Shown in pieces: positions 18,861 to 28,834 of a stretch of DNA of 64,000 nt. A program made the translations under genes and the position numbers. Below the pieces are notes generated by a model. The model was not told where the DNA came from. It worked only from the letters and a program-made list of their open reading frames with translations, and did no database searches. Each line of letters opens with the position of its first letter. The stretch's first letter is position 1. Origin of the DNA: Minisyncoccia bacterium. Its GTDB lineage: Bacteria; Patescibacteriota; Minisyncoccia; Phycocordibacterales; UBA9973. The stretch covers positions 8,232 through 72,231 of the forward strand of contig JBGATK010000006.1 in NCBI GenBank assembly GCA_044229265.1, given 5' to 3'.

Positions 18861-20756
18861 ATGTCAAAAATAATAGGTATAGACTTAGGTACAACAAATA
18901 GTGCGGTGGCTATCATCGAAGGAGGACAGCCAAAAATTATAGAAAATATAGAAGGAGTACGAACTACACCTTCTGTGGTGAGTATTGCTAAAAATGGTGA
19001 TAGACTGGTAGGCTTGCTTGCAAAACGTCAAGCTGTCACAAATCCTGAAAATACCGTTTATGGTATCAAGCGTTTTATGGGCCATAATTTTGAAGATCCA
19101 GAAGTGCAAAAGGATTTGAAGAATGCATCATTCAAAATTCAAAAAGGATCAACTGGTGGAGTGGAAGTTAAGATTGGCGATAAATGGATGCGTCCAGAAG
19201 AAATCTCTGCCATGATTTTAACTAAAATTAAAACTGATGTTGAAGCAAAATTAGGAACTAAAATTACCGAAGCAGTGATCACCGTGCCAGCATACTTTAA
19301 CGATGCACAAAGAAAAGCTACCAAAGATGCAGGAGCTATCGCTGGGCTTGATGTAAAAAGAATTATCAACGAGCCTACAGCTGCAGCCCTTGCCTATGGT
19401 TTCGATAAAAAGAAAAATGAAAAGGTAGTGGTGTATGACTTTGGAGGAGGAACATTCGATGTGTCAGTTCTCGAAATCGGTGATGATGTTATAGAGGTGA
19501 AATCAACTGATGGAGACTCCCATTTAGGAGGTCGTGATATTGATCACAAGATTATAGCTTGGATCGCAGAAGAATTTAAAAAGACCTCTGGTGTGGATGT
19601 TCGTTCTGATAAGCTTGCTCTTCAGCGTCTTGATGAAGCTGCAGAAAAAGCAAAGATAGAGCTCTCTACTGCTATTGAAACAGAGATAAATATTCCTTTC
19701 ATTACGAGTACCGAAGCTGGACCTCAACACCTCTTACTCAAGATGACTCGTGCACAATTAGAAAGTATTGCTGATGAGTACATAACTCGTTCAATTGAAA
19801 TCACAAAGAAAGCTTTAGCTGCTTCTGGTTTCAGTATGAATGATATAAATGAAATCATTATGGTTGGAGGTCAAACTCGTATGCCAAAGATTGTAGAAGA
19901 AGTTAAAAAAGTTTTTGGTAAAACTCCAAACCTCTCTATTAATCCAGATGAAGTTGTAGCACTTGGAGCTGCTGTGCAAGCTGGAGTTCTCGCAGGAGAT
20001 GTTAGAGATGTACTTCTTCTTGATGTCATACCACTTTCCCTTGGTATTGAAACTTTGGGTGGTGTAGCTACAAAATTAATTGAAAGAAACACTACAATCC
20101 CTGCAAATAAATCTCAAGTATTCTCTACAGCAGCTGATAATCAAACCAGTGTAGAAATTCATATAGTACAAGGTGAACGTCCTATGGCGAGCGACAACAA
20201 ATCTCTAGGTCGTTTTATTCTAGATGGAGTTCCACCTGCACCTCGTGGCATGCCACAGATAGAAGTCTCCTTTGATGTCGACGCAAATGGTATATTAAAT
20301 GTTACAGCTAAAGACAAAGCTTCAGGTAAAGCAAATTCTATAAAAATAGAAGCAAGCTCAGGTCTTAAAGATGAAGACATTAAAAAAATGCAGGCTGATG
20401 CGGAAATGCATGCCGAAGAAGATGCAAAGAAAAAAGAAATGGTTGATGTGAAAAATACTGCCGAGATGATACTCTATACAGCTGAGAAAGCAGTAAAAGA
20501 TGCTGGTGATAAAGTTTCTACTGAAATTAAAGCTGGTGTCGAAGGTAAAATTACAGCCCTCAAATCTGCAAAAGATGGTAGTGATATGGAAGCAATTAAA
20601 AAAGCTACCGAAGAACTCTCAAATGAAATGCAAAAGATAGGTGAGGCTATGGCGAAAAGTTCACCCGAGTCCGATGGAGGCGGACAGGCGAATCAAACAC
20701 CCGAACCTCAACCAGAAGAAATTAAAAACGAAAATCCTGAAGAGCCAAAAAATTAA
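18861..20756 (+). CDS. dnaK: chaperone DnaK
   Basis: [32 protein letters not shown]. Confidence 0.99.
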   Translation: MSKIIGIDLGTTNSAVAIIEGGQPKIIENIEGVRTTPSVVSIAKNGDRLVGLLAKRQAVTNPENTVYGIKRFMGHNFEDPEVQKDLKNASFKIQKGSTGGVEVKIGDKWMRPEEISAMILTKIKTDVEAKLGTKITEAVITVPAYFNDAQRKATKDAGAIAGLDVKRIINEPTAAALAYGFDKKKNEKVVVYDFGGGTFDVSVLEIGDDVIEVKSTDGDSHLGGRDIDHKIIAWIAEEFKKTSGVDVRSDKLALQRLDEAAEKAKIELSTAIETEINIPFITSTEAGPQHLLLKMTRAQLESIADEYITRSIEITKKALAASGFSMNDINEIIMVGGQTRMPKIVEEVKKVFGKTPNLSINPDEVVALGAAVQAGVLAGDVRDVLLLDVIPLSLGIETLGGVATKLIERNTTIPANKSQVFSTAADNQTSVEIHIVQGERPMASDNKSLGRFILDGVPPAPRGMPQIEVSFDVDANGILNVTAKDKASGKANSIKIEASSGLKDEDIKKMQADAEMHAEEDAKKKEMVDVKNTAEMILYTAEKAVKDAGDKVSTEIKAGVEGKITALKSAKDGSDMEAIKKATEELSNEMQKIGEAMAKSSPESDGGGQANQTPEPQPEEIKNENPEEPKN

Positions 20757-20763
20757 TATTAAA

Positions 20764-20799
20764 AAAACAAAAAAACCCGAATTCGGGTTTTTTTGTTTT
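20764..20799. terminator. intrinsic terminator
   Basis: AAAACAAAAAAACCCGAATTCGGGTTTTTTTGTTTT. Confidence 0.85.
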
Positions 20800-20834
20800 G
20801 CTTTGCTCCTCTCTAGTTGTTATAATTTAAGTAT

Positions 20835-23075
20835 ATGCATGGAGGGGAAGAAGATAAAAAAAGTAATGGCGATTTACCTGTAAATCGTGATTTAACCTAT
20901 ATCGGTAAAACAACGTATCGTGATAAAAACACGCTTTTTGGAATTAAAAGAAAAGATAGGCGTCAACATGTATATGTGCTCGGTAAATCTGGTACTGGTA
21001 AATCTGTTCTTCTTTCAAATATGATTGTGCAAAATATTCAAAATGGCGACGGTGTCGCTGTGGTGGATCCGCACGGAGAATTAGTCGAAGGAATACTTCA
21101 GTCTATCCCCGAAAATCGTCTAAAAGATGTAGTGTATTTTAATCCTGCAGATGTAGACTTTCATATTGGTTTTAATGTCTTAGAATTAGTGGATTTAAAA
21201 TACAAACACTTAGTTGCTTCTGGGCTCATGGGTATATTTACCAAAATTTGGGCTAATGCTTGGAGTGCGCGTATGGAATACATTCTGAACAATACAATCT
21301 TGGCTCTGCTCGATACTCCAGGCACCACACTTCTCGGTGTTCCTCGTATGCTTGTAGACAAAGATTATCGTCAACAAATAATAAATAATTTAAAAGACCC
21401 TGTTATTAAAGCTTTTTGGGTGCACGAATATGAAGCTTGGCAAGAAAAATTTCGTAATGAAGCGATCGCTCCTATTCAAAATAAAGTTGGGCAATTTCTC
21501 TCTACTTCTGTTATTCGCAATATTGTTGGACAAAGTAAAAGTACTATAAATATTTTTGATATGATGAATCAAGGGAAAATTTTCCTCGTGAACGTTTCTA
21601 AAGGACGTATTGGTGAAGATAACTCAAAACTTATCGGTGGTATGATTATTACCAAAATTCAGCTGGCTGCCATGGAGCGTGTGCGTATACCAGAAGACGA
21701 GCGTAAAGATTTTTATCTATATGTCGACGAATTCCAAAATTTCGTTACTGATTCTTTTGCTTCAATTTTATCTGAAGCTCGTAAATACCGCCTGAATTTG
21801 ACTGTGGCCCACCAATATACTGCTCAGCTTGTAACCAAAGAGAGTTCAAATGTTCGTGATGCTATTTTCGGCAACGTAGGAACTATGATAGTTTTTAGAG
21901 TTGGTGCGGATGATGCTGATTTTCTAGAAAAAGAATTTGCACCAGAATTCACACCAGAAGATTTAGTGAATTTGCCTAACTTTAAAATTTACCTAAAACT
22001 TATGATAGATGGCATAACCTCAAGGCCATTTTCTGCAAAAACATTACCTCCGATAATTAAAAAGCTTGATCATACTATAGAAGAACAAGTTATTAAAATG
22101 TCTCGAGAGCTTTATTGTCGCCCTCGTGATACTGTCGAAAATGAAATAAATCAGTGGAGTGGTATGTCTATAGACGATGGAGCTTCTGGCGGGGGAAATA
22201 CTGGTGAAAAATTCAAAGCAATTTGTTCGAATTGCGGTAAAGAAACTTTTGTGCCTTTTGAACCTACACCAGGCAGGCCTGTGTATTGCAAAGAGTGTGT
22301 AGCAAAAATAAAATCTGGCGAAGTAAAGCCAATACGAGGCGTTACGGGTCAAGAATTTCGTGACGATAGTAAATACTTTAAACCACTTGCTGATTTAGGT
22401 ATAGAATTTGAAAGTGGGGGTAGTGTTCAAAAAGAAAAACCAAAAGTTTTTCAAAATAATATTCCTAAACCTCCAGCTATGCCGTATATACCAAGAGTAA
22501 ACAATACTGCTCCCATGCAACAGCCACAAAAAACTTTTACACAAAATGTAAAGAAAGTATTAAATACAAATTTAACAGCACCATTTCATAAAAATAACGC
22601 TAATAATAGTGCTGGTAAACCCAGTGTGCCTAATAAAAATTTCGCAGATAAACCGAAAGAAAATTTAGCTCTTAAAGAAATTTTGAATAAAACCTTAAAT
22701 GAACAAAAAATTATTGAACTAAAAAAAGAAGAAAAAATAATAGAAGACAAGAAACCGACTCCAGCACCAATTTCCTTAAATACTTTACAAAGCAAACCCG
22801 TGAGTAATGATATAAAACCGACAAATGATCGCTCCGCCGGAGCCGATAAAATGAATTCTTTGAAAGATTTGCTTGCTAAAGTAGAGGGTGAGAGAAAAGA
22901 AAACGAAAAACCAATAGAAAATAAACCTCCAGAAATTCCTATTCCACAAAAAAATACACCACCCCGTTTTGATCAAGCTCAAAACACCCCTCCTTTAAAA
23001 GGTGGGGAAGAAAAAATACAACCCAAAGAAGTACCAGAAGAAGTCCTGAAGAAAATTCTAGAAGATGAAAATTAA
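20835..23075 (+). CDS. VirD4/TraG/HerA-like ATPase with a CxxC-x17-CxxC domain and low-complexity tail
   Basis: GKSGTGKS, DPHGE, LYVDEFQNF, SEARKY, AHQY; CSNC..PVYCKEC. Confidence 0.9.
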   Translation: MHGGEEDKKSNGDLPVNRDLTYIGKTTYRDKNTLFGIKRKDRRQHVYVLGKSGTGKSVLLSNMIVQNIQNGDGVAVVDPHGELVEGILQSIPENRLKDVVYFNPADVDFHIGFNVLELVDLKYKHLVASGLMGIFTKIWANAWSARMEYILNNTILALLDTPGTTLLGVPRMLVDKDYRQQIINNLKDPVIKAFWVHEYEAWQEKFRNEAIAPIQNKVGQFLSTSVIRNIVGQSKSTINIFDMMNQGKIFLVNVSKGRIGEDNSKLIGGMIITKIQLAAMERVRIPEDERKDFYLYVDEFQNFVTDSFASILSEARKYRLNLTVAHQYTAQLVTKESSNVRDAIFGNVGTMIVFRVGADDADFLEKEFAPEFTPEDLVNLPNFKIYLKLMIDGITSRPFSAKTLPPIIKKLDHTIEEQVIKMSRELYCRPRDTVENEINQWSGMSIDDGASGGGNTGEKFKAICSNCGKETFVPFEPTPGRPVYCKECVAKIKSGEVKPIRGVTGQEFRDDSKYFKPLADLGIEFESGGSVQKEKPKVFQNNIPKPPAMPYIPRVNNTAPMQQPQKTFTQNVKKVLNTNLTAPFHKNNANNSAGKPSVPNKNFADKPKENLALKEILNKTLNEQKIIELKKEEKIIEDKKPTPAPISLNTLQSKPVSNDIKPTNDRSAGADKMNSLKDLLAKVEGERKENEKPIENKPPEIPIPQKNTPPRFDQAQNTPPLKGGEEKIQPKEVPEEVLKKILEDEN
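22956..23008 (+). repeat. double-hairpin element in frame in the ATPase tail
   Basis: ACACCACCCC-GTTTTGA..TCAAAAC-ACCCCTCCTTTAAAAGGTGGGGA. Confidence 0.55.
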
Positions 23076-24451
23076 ATTTTCTCTAGTTTTTGACCTGCAT
23101 TTGTATCTTTTACTTCAAAACCTAAAAGATTTATTTTTTTACGAATTTCATCAGCAAGAGTGAAGTTTTTTTCTACGCGAGCTTTTTCTCTTTCTGTAAG
23201 TAAACTAGCAACTTCGGTTGGTATTTCTAGATTCTGATTTTCAAGATTAATACCCAGAACAGATATTAACTCTTTAATAGTAGTTTTTTTATCAGCTTGT
23301 GAAAGTTTTTCATCTTTTATGATTTCCCAAATCAAAGCAAGAGCTCTCGGTGTATCTAAATCATTTTGCAAGAAATTTAAGAATTTCTCTTTATATTCTT
23401 TATTTATTTCACCCTCATTTTCACCTAAATCATTGTATAGATTTTGCAGGCGATTTAATGCATTTTGAGCACCCAAAACAGCTTCGAAATTAAAATTCAT
23501 CTTAGTTTTGTAATGAGCCATTAATAACCAAAAACGGTAGGCAGTGGGGGAGATACCTTTTTCTTCTAAAGATTTCAAAGTTAAAAAATTATTTTCTGAT
23601 TTTGCCATTTTTTCTCCACTAGTATCTATGAATTCATGATGAAGCCAGAAATTTACAAAAGGAACTTTTCCTGTAGCAGATTCGCTCTGGGCTATTTCAT
23701 TTGTATGGTGCACTGATATGTGGTCTATGCCACCAGTGTGAATATCAAATTGTTCACCTAAAAATTTTATTCCAATTGTTGAGCATTCTATATGCCAACC
23801 AGGGAAACCTATTCCAAAAGGTGATTCGAACCCCAAGTTAGTATCACTCTTTTTCCAAAGAGCAAAATCTTCAGGATTTTTTTTCTCAGAATTTTCAGCA
23901 ATACGAGCGTGACCCATATCTATTTTTCTATTTCCACCCCAAAGCACGCCGTAATTAGGCATTTTTTCTGTATCAAAATAGATACCACTTGAAATAGAAT
24001 AAGCATAACCCCTCTCTTGTAATTTTTCTATAAGCTCTATATTTTCTTTTATATAATCAGAAGCAAAATAAGGTCCTTCTGGCGCTAATATATTTAAATC
24101 TTTTAAATCATTCATAAAAGCTTTAGTGTAAAATTCTGCGAGTTCGCGCATATTTTTCAAGGTGAGTTCTTTGCCAACACGTAGTAAGCCTTTTGTCATT
24201 TTATCTTCACCAGTATCAGCATCACTAACTAAGTGACCAATATCAGTGATATTCATTACTTGCTTTACATTATAACCTCCATAAAGTAATGCCCGGCGGA
24301 GTGTATCAGCGAAAACATAAGATCGTAGATTTCCAATATGTGCATAATTGTAAACTGTCGGTCCGCAAGTATACATCAAAACCTGTGCCTCATTTATCGG
24401 CTTAAAATTTTGAATATCGTGAGTTCTAGTGTTGTAAAATTTAAATGACAT
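23072..24451 (-). CDS. cysS: cysteine--tRNA ligase
   Basis: CGPTVY..HIGN, PGWHIECS, KMAKS. Confidence 0.97.
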   Translation of the reverse strand: MSFKFYNTRTHDIQNFKPINEAQVLMYTCGPTVYNYAHIGNLRSYVFADTLRRALLYGGYNVKQVMNITDIGHLVSDADTGEDKMTKGLLRVGKELTLKNMRELAEFYTKAFMNDLKDLNILAPEGPYFASDYIKENIELIEKLQERGYAYSISSGIYFDTEKMPNYGVLWGGNRKIDMGHARIAENSEKKNPEDFALWKKSDTNLGFESPFGIGFPGWHIECSTIGIKFLGEQFDIHTGGIDHISVHHTNEIAQSESATGKVPFVNFWLHHEFIDTSGEKMAKSENNFLTLKSLEEKGISPTAYRFWLLMAHYKTKMNFNFEAVLGAQNALNRLQNLYNDLGENEGEINKEYKEKFLNFLQNDLDTPRALALIWEIIKDEKLSQADKKTTIKELISVLGINLENQNLEIPTEVASLLTEREKARVEKNFTLADEIRKKINLLGFEVKDTNAGQKLEKI

Positions 24452-25466
24452 TTTCTTTACTGTCGCTGTATTCTATTTTATATATAGATATTAATGCATA
24501 AAGCAAAGCCAGTGTAAGAGGCCCCATAAGTATACCAATAGGTCCAAGTAGAGATATGCCACCTAGAACAGAGATAAGTATGAGTAATGGCGGAATATTT
24601 ATTTTTCCAGATACAACATAAGGTGACAATAGATTGTCCACAATACCAACTATAGCTACAGACCAAATTAGAAGTCCCAGTGCTCCAGCACTATTGCCTC
24701 CAAGAAGTAAAAATATTATAGCGGGTCCTGAGATGAAACCAGTTCCTACCATAGGTATAAGTGATGCAATACCAGCTACAACTCCCCAAAGTGCAGAGTG
24801 AGGAACACCGAAAATCCAAAGTCCTACAGAAGAAAGTATTCCTTGCACTACAGCTATTAGTAGATATCCTTTAACTACACCATTTACTGCTATTTTTAAT
24901 TTATTTATGATTTTTTCATCGTCTTTATCATTAAGAGGAGAGAGATCAATTAAATATTTTTTCCAACGCGCTCCATCTTTTAAGAAATAATACATAGCGA
25001 GAAGCATTAAAGTGAAATCAAAAAATGCAGCTAAGGTTGAAGTAAATATTTTTGCTGTATTTTCTGATATAAAGAATACAATATCTGTAACTTTTTCTTG
25101 TGCATTAAAATCTACTCCTTCTGGCAAAAGCTTATTGATACTTGTATTTATAGTGTCTAAATACACAGCAGAATCACCACTACTAAAACTAGAATATAAA
25201 TCTTGGCTTTGATTGAAGACTATCACTCCTATACCAAGAATAGGTCCGAGGAGGACAATCATAAATATCATAACAGTAAAAAAACTTGCCATACCAGGAT
25301 TCATGTGTTTTTTACTAAACCATTCTTTCAGAGGCTTCAGGATAATGGCAAAAGAAACACCAAGGATTATTACTATCCAAAAACGACTAAAAATAAAGGC
25401 TGTGAATACAAAAGTGGCGAGTAATAGCCCAAAAAAGAAGTATCTTTCTATTATTTTTGTTTGCAT
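24441..25466 (-). CDS. AI-2E family transporter
   Basis: YYFLKDG, IPMVGT, DNLLSP, GPIGILMGP; start MQTKII follows TGGTATAAT. Confidence 0.9.
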   Translation of the reverse strand: MQTKIIERYFFFGLLLATFVFTAFIFSRFWIVIILGVSFAIILKPLKEWFSKKHMNPGMASFFTVMIFMIVLLGPILGIGVIVFNQSQDLYSSFSSGDSAVYLDTINTSINKLLPEGVDFNAQEKVTDIVFFISENTAKIFTSTLAAFFDFTLMLLAMYYFLKDGARWKKYLIDLSPLNDKDDEKIINKLKIAVNGVVKGYLLIAVVQGILSSVGLWIFGVPHSALWGVVAGIASLIPMVGTGFISGPAIIFLLLGGNSAGALGLLIWSVAIVGIVDNLLSPYVVSGKINIPPLLILISVLGGISLLGPIGILMGPLTLALLYALISIYKIEYSDSKENVI

Positions 25467-25533
25467 GCCGTATATTATACCAATAAATGGTATAGACTTG
25501 CAATTTAATTTAAAATCGTATATTATAGAATTT

Positions 25534-25851
25534 ATGGAATTTGCAGTAATACAAACAGGCGGAAAACAATACAAGGCGTCAAAAGGCGTAGTTTTGACTA
25601 TCGAAAAAATACTTGGCGAATATAAAAAAGGCGATAAAATAGCTTTTGATAAAGTACTTTTGGTAGACAACGGCACTGACACTACTATTGGCACACCTTT
25701 TATAGATGGAGCAAAAGTAGAGGCTGAAATCACTGAAATAGGCAGAGCAAAAAAGGTTTTAGTTATGAAATATAAACAAAAATCTCGCTACTTAAAACGT
25801 AATGGTCACCGTCAACCATTCTTTAAAGTCAAAATCACTGATATAAAATAA
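25534..25851 (+). CDS. rplU: 50S ribosomal protein L21
   Basis: FAVIQTGGKQY, GHRQP. Confidence 0.97.
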   Translation: MEFAVIQTGGKQYKASKGVVLTIEKILGEYKKGDKIAFDKVLLVDNGTDTTIGTPFIDGAKVEAEITEIGRAKKVLVMKYKQKSRYLKRNGHRQPFFKVKITDIK

Positions 25852-25857
25852 AACTCA

Positions 25858-25888
25858 AAAGAGCCCGACCATAATGGTCGGGCTCTTT
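25858..25888. terminator. intrinsic terminator
   Basis: AAAGAGCCCGACCA-TAA-TGGTCGGGCTCTTT, perfect 14-bp stem. Confidence 0.85.
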
Positions 25889-25969
25889 ACTTTTGTATAT
25901 TTTTATTGTATTGTAAAGAAAAAAGTATATATGTTAAATACAAAATTGTTTCATTTTATAATAAATAAA

Positions 25970-26236
25970 ATGACTGACAACACGAATAATCTTGCAAATT
26001 TCATTTGTATAAGTATCAATGACTCATCTATGAGTTTTGAATCAGAAAAGATTCAAGATTTAGCTAAACAAATTAATGAGATCCATTCCGGAAGGAAACA
26101 GCAAGATAGAGGCAGTGAACTTTTATTTTTGTTTTCTTTTAAGGGTGGAATATTGCTTGGAAGTGGAGAAAAGAAATTTTTAAAAGAATTAAATGAGGAA
26201 GAGCAATGTATTTTTTTTCAAAATTTAAAAATTTAG
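25970..26236 (+). CDS. hypothetical protein
   Basis: ORF; start uncertain, ATG 25970 chosen after an A-rich leader. Confidence 0.5.
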   Translation: MTDNTNNLANFICISINDSSMSFESEKIQDLAKQINEIHSGRKQQDRGSELLFLFSFKGGILLGSGEKKFLKELNEEEQCIFFQNLKI

Positions 26237-26240
26237 TTCT

Positions 26241-26675
26241 ATGAAAAGAAAGTTGATTTATCTTTTGTATCAACACTTTGATGACAAAAGGCTTTTATTT
26301 GGATTCGGATTTCTAATTTCAACCTTAATGTTTCTTTTTATGTATTTATTAAAAAGAGAAGGATTAGAAGTTATGCAGTTATTATTTTTCATTTTTTCAA
26401 TAACTTTTGTTATTATATTTTTCTTTACTTTAGGTCAAAAAGGTTTTGAGATATCAAGACAAAAAAAGATGTTTGAATATTATTTAAATATCTTAAATAA
26501 TGACTTAAGTACAATTGAACAAAAAGAAAAAGCCAGTTTATTTTTAATAGATCATCCAGATATTACTGAAGAAGTAATCTGGCTAATTATTGAAGAGAAC
26601 GAAAATAACGAAAAAGTTCGAGATCTTGCTCTCGATAAATATAACTCTATGAAACAAAAAAATAATAGCTCTTAG
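26241..26675 (+). CDS. hypothetical membrane protein (2 TM)
   Basis: Two hydrophobic segments followed by a helical soluble part. Confidence 0.6.
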   Translation: MKRKLIYLLYQHFDDKRLLFGFGFLISTLMFLFMYLLKREGLEVMQLLFFIFSITFVIIFFFTLGQKGFEISRQKKMFEYYLNILNNDLSTIEQKEKASLFLIDHPDITEEVIWLIIEENENNEKVRDLALDKYNSMKQKNNSS

Positions 26676-26692
26676 AAATAAGGGCTATTTTT
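26664..26692. terminator. terminator between convergent genes
   Basis: AATAGCTCTTA-GAAA-TAAGGGCTATT. Confidence 0.7.
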
Positions 26693-27311
26693 ATTGCCTA
26701 TTTTTTAGGGCGTTTTTTAGTGTATCGTTGTCTGAATATTCGAGCTCGGTTCCGGTGGAGAGGCCTCGTCCGAGAGAAGAGATTTTTATATTATTTTTTT
26801 CACAAATTTGCCTCAGTTCGCTACGTATATAAAAATCTGTATGATCACCTTGAGGCGACAGTGAAAAGGCTAGAATTATCTCAGTAAATTTGTCTGAGGT
26901 ATTTTTTGTTAATAGATTTTTGAGTTCATCTATCCGAATTTTTTTATTAGTATTTTTCTCTACTATTGGCACAAGTCCACCGAGAATAAAATATTTACCA
27001 TGATACTCTTTTGATTTATGCATACTTTCTAAATCAGAATCTTTTTCTAAAATCATCAGTAGGGAATTGTCAGTATTTGGCGAAGAACAAATATCACAAA
27101 TCTCGTTCTGACCATTTTGATTGAAATGAAAAAAGCGAAAACAATCCTTGCACTGAGCCACTTCTTTTTTTAGTTCGTTTACGAGGCGAGACAGATTTTG
27201 ATTGTAATCGTTATTTTTAGACATTAAAAAATACACAAAACGTCTAGCTTGACGTTCGCCTATACCAGGGAATTCTTTAAATATTTCGGTAAGTTTTTCT
27301 ACGCTATTCAC
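26691..27311 (-). CDS. recR: recombination protein RecR
   Basis: FPGIGERQARR HhH, CKDC..CDIC, toprim domain, GTELEYSD. Confidence 0.95.
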   Translation of the reverse strand: MNSVEKLTEIFKEFPGIGERQARRFVYFLMSKNNDYNQNLSRLVNELKKEVAQCKDCFRFFHFNQNGQNEICDICSSPNTDNSLLMILEKDSDLESMHKSKEYHGKYFILGGLVPIVEKNTNKKIRIDELKNLLTKNTSDKFTEIILAFSLSPQGDHTDFYIRSELRQICEKNNIKISSLGRGLSTGTELEYSDNDTLKNALKNRQ

Positions 27312-27336
27312 AGGACTATTTTAACATATTTTTATT

Positions 27337-28728
27337 TTAAAAATCTTCAAAATCACCAGCGGTTTTATTTTGCGAAAATTCGTTTATGCTATTTTTTTCA
27401 ATACTAAGGAACGTTGTGCTTTTTTCATCAAAATAAAGTTCTACTTTACCTACAGGGCCATTGCGGTGTTTTTCGACAAGAATTTCAGCTATATTGGTGC
27501 GCTCGTGCTCTTCTTTTCCTTTGTCTTCGCGGTGAATAAACATCACCACATCAGCATCTTGTTCGATAGATCCTGAATCACGCAAATCAGAAAGGCGAGG
27601 CTTGCCACCACGAGTCTCCACAGCACGGGAAAGCTGAGAAAGTGCGACCACAGGTACATCGAGCTCTTTGGCGAGGGCCTTGAGAGAACGAGATATTTCT
27701 GTAACTTGGTTCACCATCGAATCATAATTTTTACTTGTAGTCATGAGTTGCAAGTAGTCGACGACAATAAGGTCGAGGCCTTTCTCAGCTTTAACTCTAC
27801 GAGCGAGGGCTTTCATATTTACAATCGAATTTCCAGCACGATCATCGATAACGATTTGAGCTTTAGCTAATTTATCCAAAGAATCACGAAGTAAAGCAAA
27901 TTCACGATCAGAAGAAAGTTTGCCTGTGCGTAAGTGAAAAGCATTTACATTGGATTGGGCGCCAAGCAATCTATCGACTAATTGTTGAGAAGACATTTCG
28001 AGTGAAAATATCAATACAGATTTATTGTGATTTACTGCACTCATGCGAGCCATATCGAGGGCAAAAGTAGTTTTACCAACGGAAGGACGAGCAGCAAGTA
28101 TGACTAGGTCAGTCTTTTGAAGTCCAGAAAGTAGGGTATCGAGATCACGAAAGCCAGTAGGTATACCTCGAAGTTCTCCTTTATTGGCATGTAATTTTTC
28201 TAAACGTTCCCAAGCTTCGGGTAGGGCATCCTTGAGCTCTACGAATTGCTGATTTTTAGGACTAGAAACAATATTAAAAATTCTTTTTTCGGCTTCATCT
28301 AAAACTTCTTCTATTTTGTCATCACCTTCAGAAAATGCTTTTTCAGAAATAAAATCTGCAGCATCTATCAGAGAGCGCAAGATAAATTTCTTTTCGACAA
28401 TTTGCGCATAATATTTTACATTGGCAGATGATGGCACAGAATTCGCTAGGTCGGCCAAGTATTTATTACCACCGATAGAATCAAGCAAACCTTTCTCATT
28501 TAATTTTGTGGAAAGTGAAAGCATATCAATAGGTTCATGCTTGCCAAATAGTTCGAGCATGGCATTGAAAATAATTTTATGTTTTTCGCTATAAAAAGTT
28601 TCTGGTAATAAAATATCTTCCACTTCATGTATAGCGTCTTTACGTAACATAATAGAGCCGAGTACTGCTTGCTCAGCATCGATATTTTGTGGGGGGATTC
28701 TAATACCATTTTTGTTTCCTTTTGACAT
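27337..28728 (-). CDS. dnaB: replicative DNA helicase
   Basis: AARPSVGKT, VDYLQL, SDLRDSGSIEQDAD, KHRNG. Confidence 0.99.
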   Translation of the reverse strand: MSKGNKNGIRIPPQNIDAEQAVLGSIMLRKDAIHEVEDILLPETFYSEKHKIIFNAMLELFGKHEPIDMLSLSTKLNEKGLLDSIGGNKYLADLANSVPSSANVKYYAQIVEKKFILRSLIDAADFISEKAFSEGDDKIEEVLDEAEKRIFNIVSSPKNQQFVELKDALPEAWERLEKLHANKGELRGIPTGFRDLDTLLSGLQKTDLVILAARPSVGKTTFALDMARMSAVNHNKSVLIFSLEMSSQQLVDRLLGAQSNVNAFHLRTGKLSSDREFALLRDSLDKLAKAQIVIDDRAGNSIVNMKALARRVKAEKGLDLIVVDYLQLMTTSKNYDSMVNQVTEISRSLKALAKELDVPVVALSQLSRAVETRGGKPRLSDLRDSGSIEQDADVVMFIHREDKGKEEHERTNIAEILVEKHRNGPVGKVELYFDEKSTTFLSIEKNSINEFSQNKTAGDFEDF

Positions 28729-28783
28729 ATGTTTTATTCTAGCAATAGGGAAGTAATAATCAAAATAAAAAAGTGCCTAAACC

Positions 28784-28803
28784 TGTGGTTAAAATGTGGA
28801 TAG
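28784..28803. promoter_or_regulatory. two tandem DnaA-box-like sites upstream of dnaB
   Basis: TGTGGTTAA and TGTGGATAG, each 8/9 to TGTGGATAA. Confidence 0.55.
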
Positions 28804-28834
28804 TAAAATAGTAAATTTATGCTAATATATAGCT

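Noticed and set aside
22831-22843. GCTCC-GCC-GGAGC mini hairpin in the ATPase tail
   Set aside because: 5-bp stem with no second copy seen; could be chance
20835-23075. Conjugative element or T4SS
   Set aside because: No relaxase, VirB genes, integrase or boundaries; flanked by dnaK and cysS
28729-28834. Replication origin
   Set aside because: Only two imperfect DnaA boxes in a 106-bp divergent promoter region; no dnaA/dnaN nearby
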